A stretch of DNA of 64,000 bases from a phage, in the sequence record PZ445439.1, one strand, 5' to 3'. The notes under the pieces were generated by a model. The model did not search any database. It was not told the origin of the DNA and saw nothing but the letters and a program-made list of their open reading frames with translations. The position numbers and the translations under genes are program-made. Positions 30,291 to 39,350 of the stretch are shown here, in pieces (positions within the stretch are counted from its first letter, which is position 1; each line of letters starts with the position of its first letter).

Positions 30291-30748
30291 TCAGCCTTAT
30301 ATTCAATAACAGGACACACTTTAGCTTTACGGGCTTTTAAAAATTCGATAATAAGAGATTTCTTAGGTTGAATAGGAGGTAAATCTTTATACGCTCTATT
30401 AATATTTTCTACGTGTAAAGCATAATCCTTTTTCCATTTATAATTTTTATATTTTTCACGCAAACGCGCAGGAATAACAAATGAACCGATAATAAGTAAA
30501 ACAACCAAAAGAGCAAGTATAAATGCCGATGGAAGAAGAGTCCATAAACTACCGAAAATAAGCCAACGTTGTAGACTTTCTGCACAAATAATTGTTAGCC
30601 CTACGAGTATAGCACACCCAAAAATAAAAACAAAAAATGTAGGGATAGCAATAGACCAAAAGTATGCACATAGTGTCTTAGGCCGTTGCCATTCGTCGTT
30701 AAACAATTTGAACAATTTATAGTGCCAAGAGTTTTCATTAATAATCAT
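30287..30748 (-). CDS. Integral membrane protein (about 3 TM)
   Basis: 153 aa; ATGA overlap with nucleotidyltransferase start. Confidence 0.55.
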   Translation of the reverse strand: MIINENSWHYKLFKLFNDEWQRPKTLCAYFWSIAIPTFFVFIFGCAILVGLTIICAESLQRWLIFGSLWTLLPSAFILALLVVLLIIGSFVIPARLREKYKNYKWKKDYALHVENINRAYKDLPPIQPKKSLIIEFLKARKAKVCPVIEYKAE

Positions 30749-30750
30749 AA

Positions 30751-31272
30751 TTATCCTTTCATTGAAGGTGTAATAGTTGTTAAATACTTAATCATAGCTT
30801 CAGCTTCTGATTTTGATAATGAAATTTCTCCATTGTTTTGACGAATAGAAATAAAATCCGGATGACGGTCACCACCAGCTTTTAAAACACACATATAAGT
30901 ATCAGCTTCGTCTTCAATATTTGAAATGATTGAAGCAGTTCCACATGAATGTGGTTTTTGATAAATCAATACGGCTTTTCTTCCACCATTTGACTGTTCA
31001 TAGGCTTTTAATACATCAAACAAATCAGTTCTTTTATCAATAGCTAAAATGTTATTTTCATCTTCAATGTTAAATCCTTCGGATACTTCATAAAGCGTTA
31101 CCCATAAATCACCAATGTCAATAACAGCATTTACGTTTCCACGGCTTTCAAGAGTATTACAAATTTTCTTGATTTCGTCATAACTCATTTTAATAATATC
31201 ATCTCCTTGACTAAGGAAGATGTCATTTTTAAATTCAACACGAATTAAACCACTTTCACTTGAAATATACAT
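30751..31272 (-). CDS. Unknown protein, tandem paralog B
   Basis: Shares GFNIE-E block and C-terminal EA-A-xxYL-xx-P-M tail with 31279..31824. Confidence 0.55.
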   Translation of the reverse strand: MYISSESGLIRVEFKNDIFLSQGDDIIKMSYDEIKKICNTLESRGNVNAVIDIGDLWVTLYEVSEGFNIEDENNILAIDKRTDLFDVLKAYEQSNGGRKAVLIYQKPHSCGTASIISNIEDEADTYMCVLKAGGDRHPDFISIRQNNGEISLSKSEAEAMIKYLTTITPSMKG

Positions 31273-31278
31273 ATTTCC

Positions 31279-31824
31279 TCACTTTGAAATCATAGTTGGA
31301 ATGACAGAATCAAGATAAGTCTTTAGCGCAATAGCTTCATCTTTGGTAAATGTGACAATATGCGATCGAAAATCATCAGTTTGACGAATAGTTAAGACAT
31401 CTCCATCTTCATAGCATTTTGATACATTTAAAACAGTTTCATCATTCTGATCGCAAGCATTAGTAATAATAGCATTGCGATTTTTAAACCATTTTAAAAT
31501 GTGTTTTCTTTCATTAGAATAATAAAAATATTTAATCTTAGTTATAAAATTATCCCAATTGTTAATTGATAAGCATATAGACTCGCTTTCAATATTAAAT
31601 CCTGGGCATAAAGAATAAAAATGAATTTTATGCTCATCATTAATGCTTACAATTTTATCAGTATAAGGATTTTCAATTTGGGTTAAATGAATGATTTCAC
31701 TAGGCGTAAAATATAGCATATCGTCTTCTTGTGTCAAACGATACATATTATTTACTTTTTCTATAGCCAATTCACCAAAAAGTGAACTAACTTCTAATAC
31801 TAATCGTTTTGCCTCTCCCATCAT
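31279..31824 (-). CDS. Unknown protein, tandem paralog C
   Basis: 181 aa; paralog of 30751..31272. Confidence 0.55.
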   Translation of the reverse strand: MMGEAKRLVLEVSSLFGELAIEKVNNMYRLTQEDDMLYFTPSEIIHLTQIENPYTDKIVSINDEHKIHFYSLCPGFNIESESICLSINNWDNFITKIKYFYYSNERKHILKWFKNRNAIITNACDQNDETVLNVSKCYEDGDVLTIRQTDDFRSHIVTFTKDEAIALKTYLDSVIPTMISK

Positions 31825-31928
31825 TACATGCTCCTTTGAATAATATCAATAATGTTGTTCACCAGATTATAAGTAAACATTGGGTAATTATATTGAATCA
31901 TCACATACACAACAAACAAAACTTTCAT
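31824..31928 (-). CDS. 34 aa hydrophobic leader ORF, not in ORF track
   Basis: AAGGAG ribosome-binding site 8 nt upstream; stop overlaps start of paralog C. Confidence 0.35.
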   Translation of the reverse strand: MKVLFVVYVMIQYNYPMFTYNLVNNIIDIIQRSM

Positions 31929-31951
31929 TCTCTTCTCCTTGGCAGTTGACA

Positions 31952-31986
31952 AGATTACTATACCATAACCTTGCCAACTTGTAAAC
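31952..31986 (-). promoter_or_regulatory. Early promoter (-35 GTTTACA, -10 TGGTATAGT)
   Basis: Upstream of leader ORF and cassette. Confidence 0.5.
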
Positions 31987-31991
31987 CGTTA

Positions 31992-32162
31992 AATGTTGTT
32001 TTCAATAAAATTTTGAAGCTTTGTATGAGCATCAACCATGATTTTCATTTCTTCTTTGGCGAAAGCTGTACCTCTTTCCCGAGAAGAATATTCATAGTCA
32101 GAAACTGCATTAGCATATTCTTCAATTAGCTTCATTAAAAACATCTGCTTTTCAGTTTTCAT
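31992..32162 (-). CDS. Hypothetical 56 aa protein, not in ORF track
   Basis: ATG 32162 to stop at 31992; read by hand. Confidence 0.3.
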
Positions 32163-32346
32163 TATTCCACCTAATCATTTCAAGATATTGAACTAACTTA
32201 GCTTTGGATTTATCCAAATCCTTTTTAGCTGCTTCTATACCGTCGTATGAATATCCTTCACAATGCTCAACTGCTAATTGATATGAATCTATTTCAATAT
32301 CACGTGCTAATTTAATGATTTTTTCAAACTGTTCATGTGTTAGCAT
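32152..32346 (-). CDS. Hypothetical protein
   Basis: 64 aa ORF. Confidence 0.45.
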   Translation of the reverse strand: MLTHEQFEKIIKLARDIEIDSYQLAVEHCEGYSYDGIEAAKKDLDKSKAKLVQYLEMIRWNNEN

Positions 32347-32348
32347 AC

Positions 32349-32552
32349 TTAAACTCTCGTATTATGATCGATAATTTCATCGAGAAACATATCTAAAGCT
32401 TCTACAGCATTATCAACTTTCGCTTCAAGTTCATCAATACCTTTATTTGCAATGCCTGACGAAAACCAAGCAAAGTCGCTAAGTTCCTCATCTGCTTTAC
32501 GAATTAAAGCCACCAATTCTTTAATCTTATCCGCTTGTTCGATACTAATCAT
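32349..32552 (-). CDS. Hypothetical protein
   Basis: Start at internal ATG after upstream stop. Confidence 0.45.
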   Translation of the reverse strand: MISIEQADKIKELVALIRKADEELSDFAWFSSGIANKGIDELEAKVDNAVEALDMFLDEIIDHNTRV

Positions 32553-32740
32553 TATTCCACCACATATGAAAGAGAGAATATTGCACACGCCATGTGAGTT
32601 GCAACTTCATCACACATATTATAGCGTTTCTTAAGAAGTTCTACAAGTTCTTCACTAGTAACTTCATCCATGTCGACGAAAAAATCACCATTAATGATGA
32701 CGTAAATATTTCCTTCTTTATTGAGTGCTTCAATTTTCAT
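32552..32740 (-). CDS. Hypothetical protein
   Basis: Start set at [10 protein letters not shown] downstream of the promoter. Confidence 0.45.
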   Translation of the reverse strand: MKIEALNKEGNIYVIINGDFFVDMDEVTSEELVELLKKRYNMCDEVATHMACAIFSLSYVVE

Positions 32741-32759
32741 GATGTTCTCCTCTTTATCT

Positions 32760-32789
32760 GATAGTTGTATAGTACCACAGCTCAAACGG
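32760..32789 (-). promoter_or_regulatory. Early promoter
   Basis: Repeat-family member. Confidence 0.6.
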
Positions 32790-32804
32790 AAAGTAAACCG
32801 GTAA

Positions 32805-32820
32805 AATGAAAAAAGTCTCC
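32805..32820 (-). terminator. Hairpin GUCUCC-UUCG-GGAGAC
   Basis: 3' of ORF 32836..33222. Confidence 0.5.
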
Positions 32821-32835
32821 CGAAGGAGACTAATG

Positions 32836-33222
32836 TTATTCGAGGGAAAGAAGATATTTACTTTGATAAAACATTCCAGTAATATCATCTATCGTGCTTT
32901 GAATGGCTGGAGGCATTTCTTTATAAATGCTGTTAGATTGGTCTAGTATGCGATCAATCATTTTAATTGTATCGGTAGGAAGTTTACTAGCATCTGGAAT
33001 TGAAGGAGTGTATTTTCTACCAGAATACCCTAAATACTGCTCACCAAATTTGTCAATCAAATCTGGTAACTCAGAAAAAATAAAATCGTATGCTTTGTGT
33101 CTAGCATAACTTTTAGTTTCAAAATGTGCAGAATGAAAATAAGCTTGTGCAGCCATTAATAAACCTAAGTATTCATCTGCCTTTGAAGGTTTTCCACTTT
33201 GTGAAAAGTCGCTGAATTTCAT
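32836..33222 (-). CDS. Hypothetical protein upstream-adjacent to rI
   Basis: 128 aa ORF. Confidence 0.55.
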   Translation of the reverse strand: MKFSDFSQSGKPSKADEYLGLLMAAQAYFHSAHFETKSYARHKAYDFIFSELPDLIDKFGEQYLGYSGRKYTPSIPDASKLPTDTIKMIDRILDQSNSIYKEMPPAIQSTIDDITGMFYQSKYLLSLE

Positions 33223-33512
33223 TCAGTCTCCAATTTAATGTTCATAATTCTAGCGTATGATTGTGCCATCTCCGCGCCTCGTTCTATACATTCAAAATCA
33301 GAAGAGCACGGGTCATTTTTATAGGTCGTTCTCATAAAACTATAGAATTGTTCAGACGATTCTACGCTTTTGTTTTCAAAAAGTGTATAAACATGCCTAA
33401 TACCAGATTCCATAAATTTATCAAAATGAGGATCGACATTCGCTTCAATAGATGGAGATAAAACAAATGACAATCCTAGCATGGCAAATAGTGCCGTTGC
33501 TTTTAAGGCCAT
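33219..33512 (-). CDS. rI: Lysis inhibition regulator RI (signal-anchor protein)
   Basis: 97 aa; N-terminal hydrophobic anchor; position next to tk. Confidence 0.85.
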   Translation of the reverse strand: MALKATALFAMLGLSFVLSPSIEANVDPHFDKFMESGIRHVYTLFENKSVESSEQFYSFMRTTYKNDPCSSDFECIERGAEMAQSYARIMNIKLETE

Positions 33513-33524
33513 AAAGGCCTCCTA

Positions 33525-33737
33525 TCATTTTTGTCCTGTATTTACTTTATGCCGATGCACGGCCTTAACTTTATCAAGGTATTTTTCAAAATTTCGCAAT
33601 CTGGTATAGTCTGCCGGAGATTGGTTGATTGATACTTCTCGACGCAAAGCTGAAATAACATTTCCAACTTCTCTACGAATTTCATCTAATTGAAGCACAG
33701 TAAGATTGCGAAGTTGCTTTTCAGTTAATTGTAGCAT
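33525..33737 (-). CDS. Hypothetical protein
   Basis: 70 aa ORF. Confidence 0.5.
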   Translation of the reverse strand: MLQLTEKQLRNLTVLQLDEIRREVGNVISALRREVSINQSPADYTRLRNFEKYLDKVKAVHRHKVNTGQK

Positions 33738-33779
33738 ATATACCCCTTTAGTTAGATAAACCTATTTATAACTTTTGTG

Positions 33780-34361
33780 CTAATCTAGCTTTTTAGTTAA
33801 TTCGTTCCAATGTTTTCTACATAAAGATACGTAAATTTCATCACCAATACAAATTTGATCGCCTTCTTTAACTGGGGTTCCATCTTCCATTAATCGAGCG
33901 GTCATAATAGCTTTTTTACCACAGTGACAAACCGCTTTAAGCTCAATAAGTTTATCAGCAATCGCCAAAAGTTCTTTAGAACCTTCAAATAATTTTCCAG
34001 CGAAATCAGTTCTTAATCCATAAGCCATAACAGGAACATTATATGTATCAACAATTCGGCTTAATTGGTGTACTTGTTCAGTTTTTAAAAACTGAGCTTC
34101 ATCTACAAATACGCAATGAATATCTTTTTGTGCTTCAGCCCATTTATAGAACTCGAAAATATCCATATCATCTGTAATAATATTCGCTTCCTGTTTAATT
34201 CCAATGCGAGAAACAACTTCACAGACAGAATCGCGAGTATCAATAGCAGGTTTAAGAACTAATACACCCATTCCACGTTCTTTATAATTATGCGCAGCAG
34301 TCAAAAGAGAAGCAGATTTTCCAGCATTCATTGCTGCATAAGTAAAAATTAAACTCGCCAT
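33780..34361 (-). CDS. tk: Thymidine kinase
   Basis: 193 aa; P-loop AAMNAGKS; C-terminal Cys pairs. Confidence 0.93.
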   Translation of the reverse strand: MASLIFTYAAMNAGKSASLLTAAHNYKERGMGVLVLKPAIDTRDSVCEVVSRIGIKQEANIITDDMDIFEFYKWAEAQKDIHCVFVDEAQFLKTEQVHQLSRIVDTYNVPVMAYGLRTDFAGKLFEGSKELLAIADKLIELKAVCHCGKKAIMTARLMEDGTPVKEGDQICIGDEIYVSLCRKHWNELTKKLD

Positions 34362-34362
34362 C

Positions 34363-34551
34363 TTAGTCCTTAGTTAAATTTTCTAAATATGTTTCTAAAT
34401 CATTTTCAGCTTTATCGATAGATTTTACTAATTCGTAATATGTTTCAGCATCTCCATAATCAGAAGATAATTCAAAAGACAAATCCTTTTCTAAACTAAT
34501 AATTTCACCAACTAAAAATAATATTTCGTTCTTTTGTTCGCGAGTAATCAT
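34363..34551 (-). CDS. Hypothetical acidic protein
   Basis: 62 aa ORF. Confidence 0.45.
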   Translation of the reverse strand: MITREQKNEILFLVGEIISLEKDLSFELSSDYGDAETYYELVKSIDKAENDLETYLENLTKD

Positions 34552-34733
34552 ACGGAATTTACATAATCAATAAGTTCTTGCTCTTTATTATCGAATTCTT
34601 TAGAAAGTTCTTCGTATTCATTTGCGCTAAAAGGACCGCATTCATCACAAACTTTTTCTAATTCACTATTTTTATCCATAACTTCGTGAATAAGAGAAAA
34701 CAGCCTGTCTTTCTGTTCTTTACTTAGGCTCAT
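34548..34733 (-). CDS. Hypothetical acidic protein
   Basis: 61 aa; resembles the neighbouring 62 aa ORF. Confidence 0.45.
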   Translation of the reverse strand: MSLSKEQKDRLFSLIHEVMDKNSELEKVCDECGPFSANEYEELSKEFDNKEQELIDYVNSV

Positions 34734-34902
34734 AATATATCGATTCCCAAAAGTTTTAAAATGACTCGCTTTTGATTCATAACTGCAACAATTGAATGAC
34801 CATTTGGGTCTTTTTGACCTGATCCAATTATAAATCCTTTTTGAGCAGAAAGTTCAATTAAAATGTCGAGTTCACGTAATAATTGATATTTCAAATCATC
34901 AT

Positions 34903-35130
34903 TCATTTCGGTTTTCCTTCTTTAACGAAATCTGGATAAGGATAAAATCCTGAATAAAATCCTTCACCTTTATGATTCGTGCACCCTTTATTAGAACAAT
35001 AGCACCAATAATCAAAATCACAAGCCATTTCATCATTACATAAAGCAAAGACAACTGGCCATTTACACTTTTCACAATGGGCATTTTTGAGAATGCTAGT
35101 TTGGCTCATAACCATGTAACCTTTAAGCAA
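34903..35130 (-). CDS. Cys-rich small protein (putative zinc binding)
   Basis: HCEKCK...CNDEMACDFDYWCYCSNKGC. Confidence 0.5.
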   Translation of the reverse strand: MLKGYMVMSQTSILKNAHCEKCKWPVVFALCNDEMACDFDYWCYCSNKGCTNHKGEGFYSGFYPYPDFVKEGKPK

Positions 35131-35318
35131 TATTCTTCTACGTGTTGTTTACGACCTTTCTTATCAATAAAAGTATATTCAACATATTCACCAATATACC
35201 ACTTGTCTACATTATGTGGGCTTTTTATAGGACACTTGGTTACCCGAGTTTCTATCCAACTCCGGATAATTGAAGCTTTGTTTTTAGGGTCAAACGGATG
35301 CGGGTAATGTGCTTTCAT
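35106..35318 (-). CDS. Hypothetical protein
   Basis: 70 aa ORF. Confidence 0.45.
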   Translation of the reverse strand: MKAHYPHPFDPKNKASIIRSWIETRVTKCPIKSPHNVDKWYIGEYVEYTFIDKKGRKQHVEEYCLKVTWL

Positions 35319-35769
35319 AATCCACCACTATTAAATCAATATCAGGAGTAAACATGTCGATTAATTTAGAAACCTTATCCCAATCACCGCCAGCAATACC
35401 ACAACCTATACGTGGAATATAAATTACTGGTTTAAACAAAAGGGTTTCTGCCTGTAGATTTAATTCTATCATACAGTTTACTAAAGCACCATAATCAAGA
35501 TTAGGACCTGGTTCGTATTGCGTATACAGGTTGTAACATATGCCAAAACCATTAGGTTTATGTTTAAAAACTATAGACATATCACCGAGTTTTTCACGCG
35601 AACCATATTCAGTTGTGGTCTTATCTATTTCTAAAATTTTGGGATAGGCTCTTGCTAATTGACCCGCTACACCTGAACCCATTGTGTGGAAGCAATTGCA
35701 CCCGTGCGCAATAATATTACCTTCAAGAAAGAGGGCGACAATATCGCCCTTGATATATTTTACAATCAT
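35290..35769 (-). CDS. Macro-domain (ADP-ribose binding or processing) protein
   Basis: IKGDIV, AHGCNC, MGSGVAGQLA and IGCGIAGGDW blocks fit the macro fold. Confidence 0.65.
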   Translation of the reverse strand: MIVKYIKGDIVALFLEGNIIAHGCNCFHTMGSGVAGQLARAYPKILEIDKTTTEYGSREKLGDMSIVFKHKPNGFGICYNLYTQYEPGPNLDYGALVNCMIELNLQAETLLFKPVIYIPRIGCGIAGGDWDKVSKLIDMFTPDIDLIVVDYESTLPASV

Positions 35770-36113
35770 CTAGTACTCAATCCTCGATTATAAGAATCTA
35801 CTAAACGGTCAACCATTGAACGACAAGCGGCTTTGTCTTTTTCCTCCGCAACTGAGCATTCTAAGGTATTCCACTTTTTAGCATATCGTTTTAATAATGT
35901 ATCGTTTTTGTATCTACTTGTTTTATCTCTTTCTCCGTCTTTATATGCATATATTAATTTCTGCGCAAACTCAGATTGACATGCTTTATTTTTCCCGCAA
36001 TAATCTGCCGCAGTGCGGTTCACATACTCCCTAATTTCAGTATATGATGTATCTGCTGACGCGTAAGCAGAAAATGAAATTAATCCTATACATAAAACCA
36101 AAATTTTAGTCAT
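35766..36113 (-). CDS. Secreted Cys-containing protein (possibly vs by position)
   Basis: 115 aa with signal peptide MTKILVLCIGLISFSAYA. Confidence 0.5.
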   Translation of the reverse strand: MTKILVLCIGLISFSAYASADTSYTEIREYVNRTAADYCGKNKACQSEFAQKLIYAYKDGERDKTSRYKNDTLLKRYAKKWNTLECSVAEEKDKAACRSMVDRLVDSYNRGLSTR

Positions 36114-36651
36114 TTACTATTTCCAAAAGTTTATTATTTTTAAGGTAATTAGCCTTTTCTAGGACTTCAGAAGCATATTTAGAACCTGCTTTAACATTCC
36201 ATCCCGAATTATAAGAGGATATTGCTTTTCTTATATCGCCCTTATGTATATTTAACCAATAAGAAAGTTCAATGTACGCCCATGAAGCTGAATTGGATCG
36301 TTTATTCAACATTCTTTTTATTTCAGCATCGGTCATATTATAACCAAGTTCCTTAACTCTTGCTCGCATAGTAGGCAAATAATTTTGGAACATTCCATAA
36401 GCGTGATGCTTTGGTTTAGATTTTAAATTAACTCCGCCAGAGCTTTCTTGCCATAAAATGGCTGCCATTATATGACCTAATCCACTCTTATGAACATTTT
36501 GGTGTGTTTTATATTTTCCATCCTTAGAAAACTGTTCCCCGAATTGATACGCGTAACGCATGTTATCGAGTTGGACATTACTGAAAGTATGCTCGGAGCT
36601 ATGTGCCATCATTGAAATGGCCAATAGACCAGCGAGTAGTGCTTTTCTCAT
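36106..36651 (-). CDS. Secreted lytic-transglycosylase-like protein
   Basis: Signal peptide; ILWQESSGG motif. Confidence 0.55.
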   Translation of the reverse strand: MRKALLAGLLAISMMAHSSEHTFSNVQLDNMRYAYQFGEQFSKDGKYKTHQNVHKSGLGHIMAAILWQESSGGVNLKSKPKHHAYGMFQNYLPTMRARVKELGYNMTDAEIKRMLNKRSNSASWAYIELSYWLNIHKGDIRKAISSYNSGWNVKAGSKYASEVLEKANYLKNNKLLEIVND

Positions 36652-36658
36652 GTTTACC

Positions 36659-37120
36659 TCATTGAGTTTTAATTACTGCTTTAGAAGCCTTTCCTGGTAA
36701 ACGACGACTGTTGATAATTGCCATCCTGCATTGAAGTGACGGGTCTTTGAACTTCTCATTAGGTTTACAAACCGTAAATCCAAGCCAAAGATTTCCATCA
36801 GTGATTTCTAAACGTCCAGGGCGATATTCAATTCCATCGATAAAATCTTCATCAATATCAGGACGCGGAGGCATACTCAGGAATTCATTAACTTCTAAAA
36901 CATGGTCTTTTATTTTATGGAATAATTCAAAAACATATGTCTCATCAATCTCCCGTTGAATTGCACGATCAAGAAGATGCTGAGAATATTTTAGATGAAA
37001 CGATGAGACCCCTGCTGCTTTTGATGCCTCACGAATCTCATTGTTAATTTGACGAAACTCCGACTCAAAGTGACGACGAAGCTTATTTCGACGGATAAAA
37101 ACTTCTGTGTTGATAGTCAT
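36659..37120 (-). CDS. regB: Endoribonuclease RegB
   Basis: 153 aa; position and length as T4 RegB. Confidence 0.85.
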   Translation of the reverse strand: MTINTEVFIRRNKLRRHFESEFRQINNEIREASKAAGVSSFHLKYSQHLLDRAIQREIDETYVFELFHKIKDHVLEVNEFLSMPPRPDIDEDFIDGIEYRPGRLEITDGNLWLGFTVCKPNEKFKDPSLQCRMAIINSRRLPGKASKAVIKTQ

Positions 37121-37146
37121 GTTATTCTCCTCTTAACTTATAGAAA

Positions 37147-37177
37147 AATTATACCACAGTTAAGAGGAAAAGTAAAC
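37147..37177 (-). promoter_or_regulatory. Early promoter (-35 GTTTAC, -10 TGGTATAAT)
   Basis: Upstream of regB. Confidence 0.55.
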
Positions 37178-37179
37178 AG

Positions 37180-37500
37180 TTATTCTTTAAATCTGATCAA
37201 TTTATTCATAGACTTTGAAACTTCTGCTCGAACCTCATGTAGATTTTTGAGCTGCTCAAGACGCTGCTCATAGTAAGCAATTTCGTCTTCTTCAAGACAG
37301 TCGTCAGAATCTTCTTTAAGATAACGTGCATAGTCCTGGAAAGCTTTACGGACTACTTCCTGGAAATCATCAAGACTTTGAATTTTCTTAGGAGCGGCAG
37401 ATACACGACGAGGTGCAGTATAATACTCATAACCAAACCCTGCGCTTAATTGAGCCATTAATATTTTTCCTCTGGTTGGAATACAGCACGGCAAGCCCAC
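37180..37500 (-). CDS. Hypothetical protein
   Basis: 106 aa ORF. Confidence 0.5.
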   Translation of the reverse strand: MGLPCCIPTRGKILMAQLSAGFGYEYYTAPRRVSAAPKKIQSLDDFQEVVRKAFQDYARYLKEDSDDCLEEDEIAYYEQRLEQLKNLHEVRAEVSKSMNKLIRFKE

Positions 37501-37760
37501 ATACTTGCTTCTTTGAGTTTCGTTTTAGCAATAGTTAACTGATCGAGGCTTTCGGCGTAATTATTCGCGAGTTCATCATCTTCACAGCTATCAAATGCTT
37601 CCCAGAATTCATCATATAAAGCATCAAAGATAAGTCCTAAACGAACTTCAGCATCTTTAATAGCATTCACTTTACCGATTTTTTCGTCGGTATGTGGCTT
37701 ATAACCTTTAATATCTTCAATCATATTTGACTTCCTCACCAGTGCACAAATCGTATTCAA
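37458..37760 (-). CDS. Hypothetical protein
   Basis: 100 aa ORF. Confidence 0.5.
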   Translation of the reverse strand: MNTICALVRKSNMIEDIKGYKPHTDEKIGKVNAIKDAEVRLGLIFDALYDEFWEAFDSCEDDELANNYAESLDQLTIAKTKLKEASMWACRAVFQPEEKY

Positions 37761-37938
37761 CTAAACGAATAGGTTCATGAATGCCATATCCTTGAACAGA
37801 AATTTCTGTCGTAGGATAAATTCCATCAATATCACCCATATTCCACGCTTCATTAAATTGCTGTTCGCCTGAATTACTAAACCATTCGGCGAAAGCATTT
37901 AGTACATCTTTAGAACCTTCAATAATTATCTTTGCCAT
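37717..37938 (-). CDS. Hypothetical protein
   Basis: 73 aa ORF. Confidence 0.45.
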   Translation of the reverse strand: MAKIIIEGSKDVLNAFAEWFSNSGEQQFNEAWNMGDIDGIYPTTEISVQGYGIHEPIRLVEYDLCTGEEVKYD

Positions 37939-38300
37939 TACAAACTCTCGGTAAAGGTACGAGCGATAACGTCGCGTTGCTGTTCCGGAGTCAGAGAGTT
38001 AAAGCGAACTGCATAACCGGATACACGGATGGTCAGCTGCGGATATTTTTCCGGATGCTTAACTGCATCTTCCAGAGTTTCACGACGCAGAACGTTAACG
38101 TTCAGGTGTTGACCACCTTCAATTTTAACTGTAGGCTGTGGCTCAATTTCAATTTCACGGGCATGCAAACCATAGAAAATTTCTGGGTCTACAAAAGAGT
38201 CCTCTTTAAAGGTTTTAGAAACGATAATTCGTGCTTGAATACCATCTTCAAAATAAATAGTACCTTTGTGCGTGCCTTCAAGAATTTGATATGCTTTCAT
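37938..38300 (-). CDS. Autonomous glycyl-radical cofactor-like protein (GrcA/YfiD-like)
   Basis: C-terminal RVSGYAVRF glycyl radical motif. Confidence 0.7.
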   Translation of the reverse strand: MKAYQILEGTHKGTIYFEDGIQARIIVSKTFKEDSFVDPEIFYGLHAREIEIEPQPTVKIEGGQHLNVNVLRRETLEDAVKHPEKYPQLTIRVSGYAVRFNSLTPEQQRDVIARTFTESL

Positions 38301-38307
38301 ATAAACC

Positions 38308-38634
38308 TCAATTAGAAAATAAATTTATCCAAGATTGTTCTTTAATTAAAAATGGCTCAGAATCATATGCCATTAAACTCTGGGTAATTAATCCTTTAAA
38401 AGGTCCATCAATAAACTCCATTGTAAAATATGGAATTTTATTCATTAACCGTGCATTAGGAGCAGTACACAAAACTCTACATCCTTTGAATACACCTTTT
38501 TGTAGTTTATACTGCTTAGGATAAAATTCGCTCAAAATGTTGTTATTTGCCAAAATTTCAAAATGATTCACCAATTTATTTTTAATAGTTTTTGGCGAAA
38601 AATAAAGATATTCGAAAAGCTGCGCATCTGTCAT
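38308..38634 (-). CDS. Hypothetical protein
   Basis: Start at internal ATG adjoining upstream stop. Confidence 0.45.
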   Translation of the reverse strand: MTDAQLFEYLYFSPKTIKNKLVNHFEILANNNILSEFYPKQYKLQKGVFKGCRVLCTAPNARLMNKIPYFTMEFIDGPFKGLITQSLMAYDSEPFLIKEQSWINLFSN

Positions 38635-39221
38635 CATTGCATTCCGATTACGAAAAACTGTGGACGAGTAATACCACCAATGCAGCATTTACTTTTACAG
38701 CAATGTTGCACAGTTTCAATATGAATGTCGTAAATCTTATCCATATCAGGAGATTTAACGGGCTCATCAATTATATACAAAATTCGCGAAAGCGATAAAC
38801 CTCTGAACTTGCTACCTCTATTACCAATAAAACTGCGTATAGAATCAGTAAATAAACGAAAACGTATATCATCATTAGAATAACGCGAAAATTCCTTTTT
38901 AATGTTATCTGCAGAAATTTTAGCGTAAGCTGAAGTATTAGAAAGAACAATAACTGTTCCGCCATCATACAACCAATTAGCAGCAAAATTAGTCACAGCA
39001 ATTGATTTACCGGATTGACGACCACCATCTAGTCGAAGTGTGCAATACTGCTTGAGTAAGTCTTCAAATGGTGGGATATAATCGTTTTTACAAATTTCTT
39101 CTACTCTAGCATCAGAATGGTGTGTAAAAGCATTCATCAGGGATAGATAAGGACCAGTTAAAAATGTTCTCATTTTATTCTCTCTAAATTTGGGCCATTC
39201 CATGGCGCATGAATTGTCCAT
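38634..39221 (-). CDS. P-loop NTPase-like protein
   Basis: Walker A GGRQSGKS, Walker B-like ILYIIDE. Confidence 0.5.
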   Translation of the reverse strand: MDNSCAMEWPKFRENKMRTFLTGPYLSLMNAFTHHSDARVEEICKNDYIPPFEDLLKQYCTLRLDGGRQSGKSIAVTNFAANWLYDGGTVIVLSNTSAYAKISADNIKKEFSRYSNDDIRFRLFTDSIRSFIGNRGSKFRGLSLSRILYIIDEPVKSPDMDKIYDIHIETVQHCCKSKCCIGGITRPQFFVIGMQ

Positions 39222-39350
39222 TTCTGTATTTACCCATTACCGCACTTGGGCTCGACCTTATTACAGGTTGGCGGGAATCCCTCATAGAATCATGAGGTCC
39301 AGGTTGTTCCCATTTTATTTGAATGTAAATAGGCCTAAGTATCGGCCTTA

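Noticed and set aside
27203-32785. N-terminal extensions of three track ORFs reading LCGTIQLSTTEEQK or [14 protein letters not shown]
   Set aside because: These are translations of the conserved promoter repeat itself. The true starts were moved to the first ATG downstream of the promoter.
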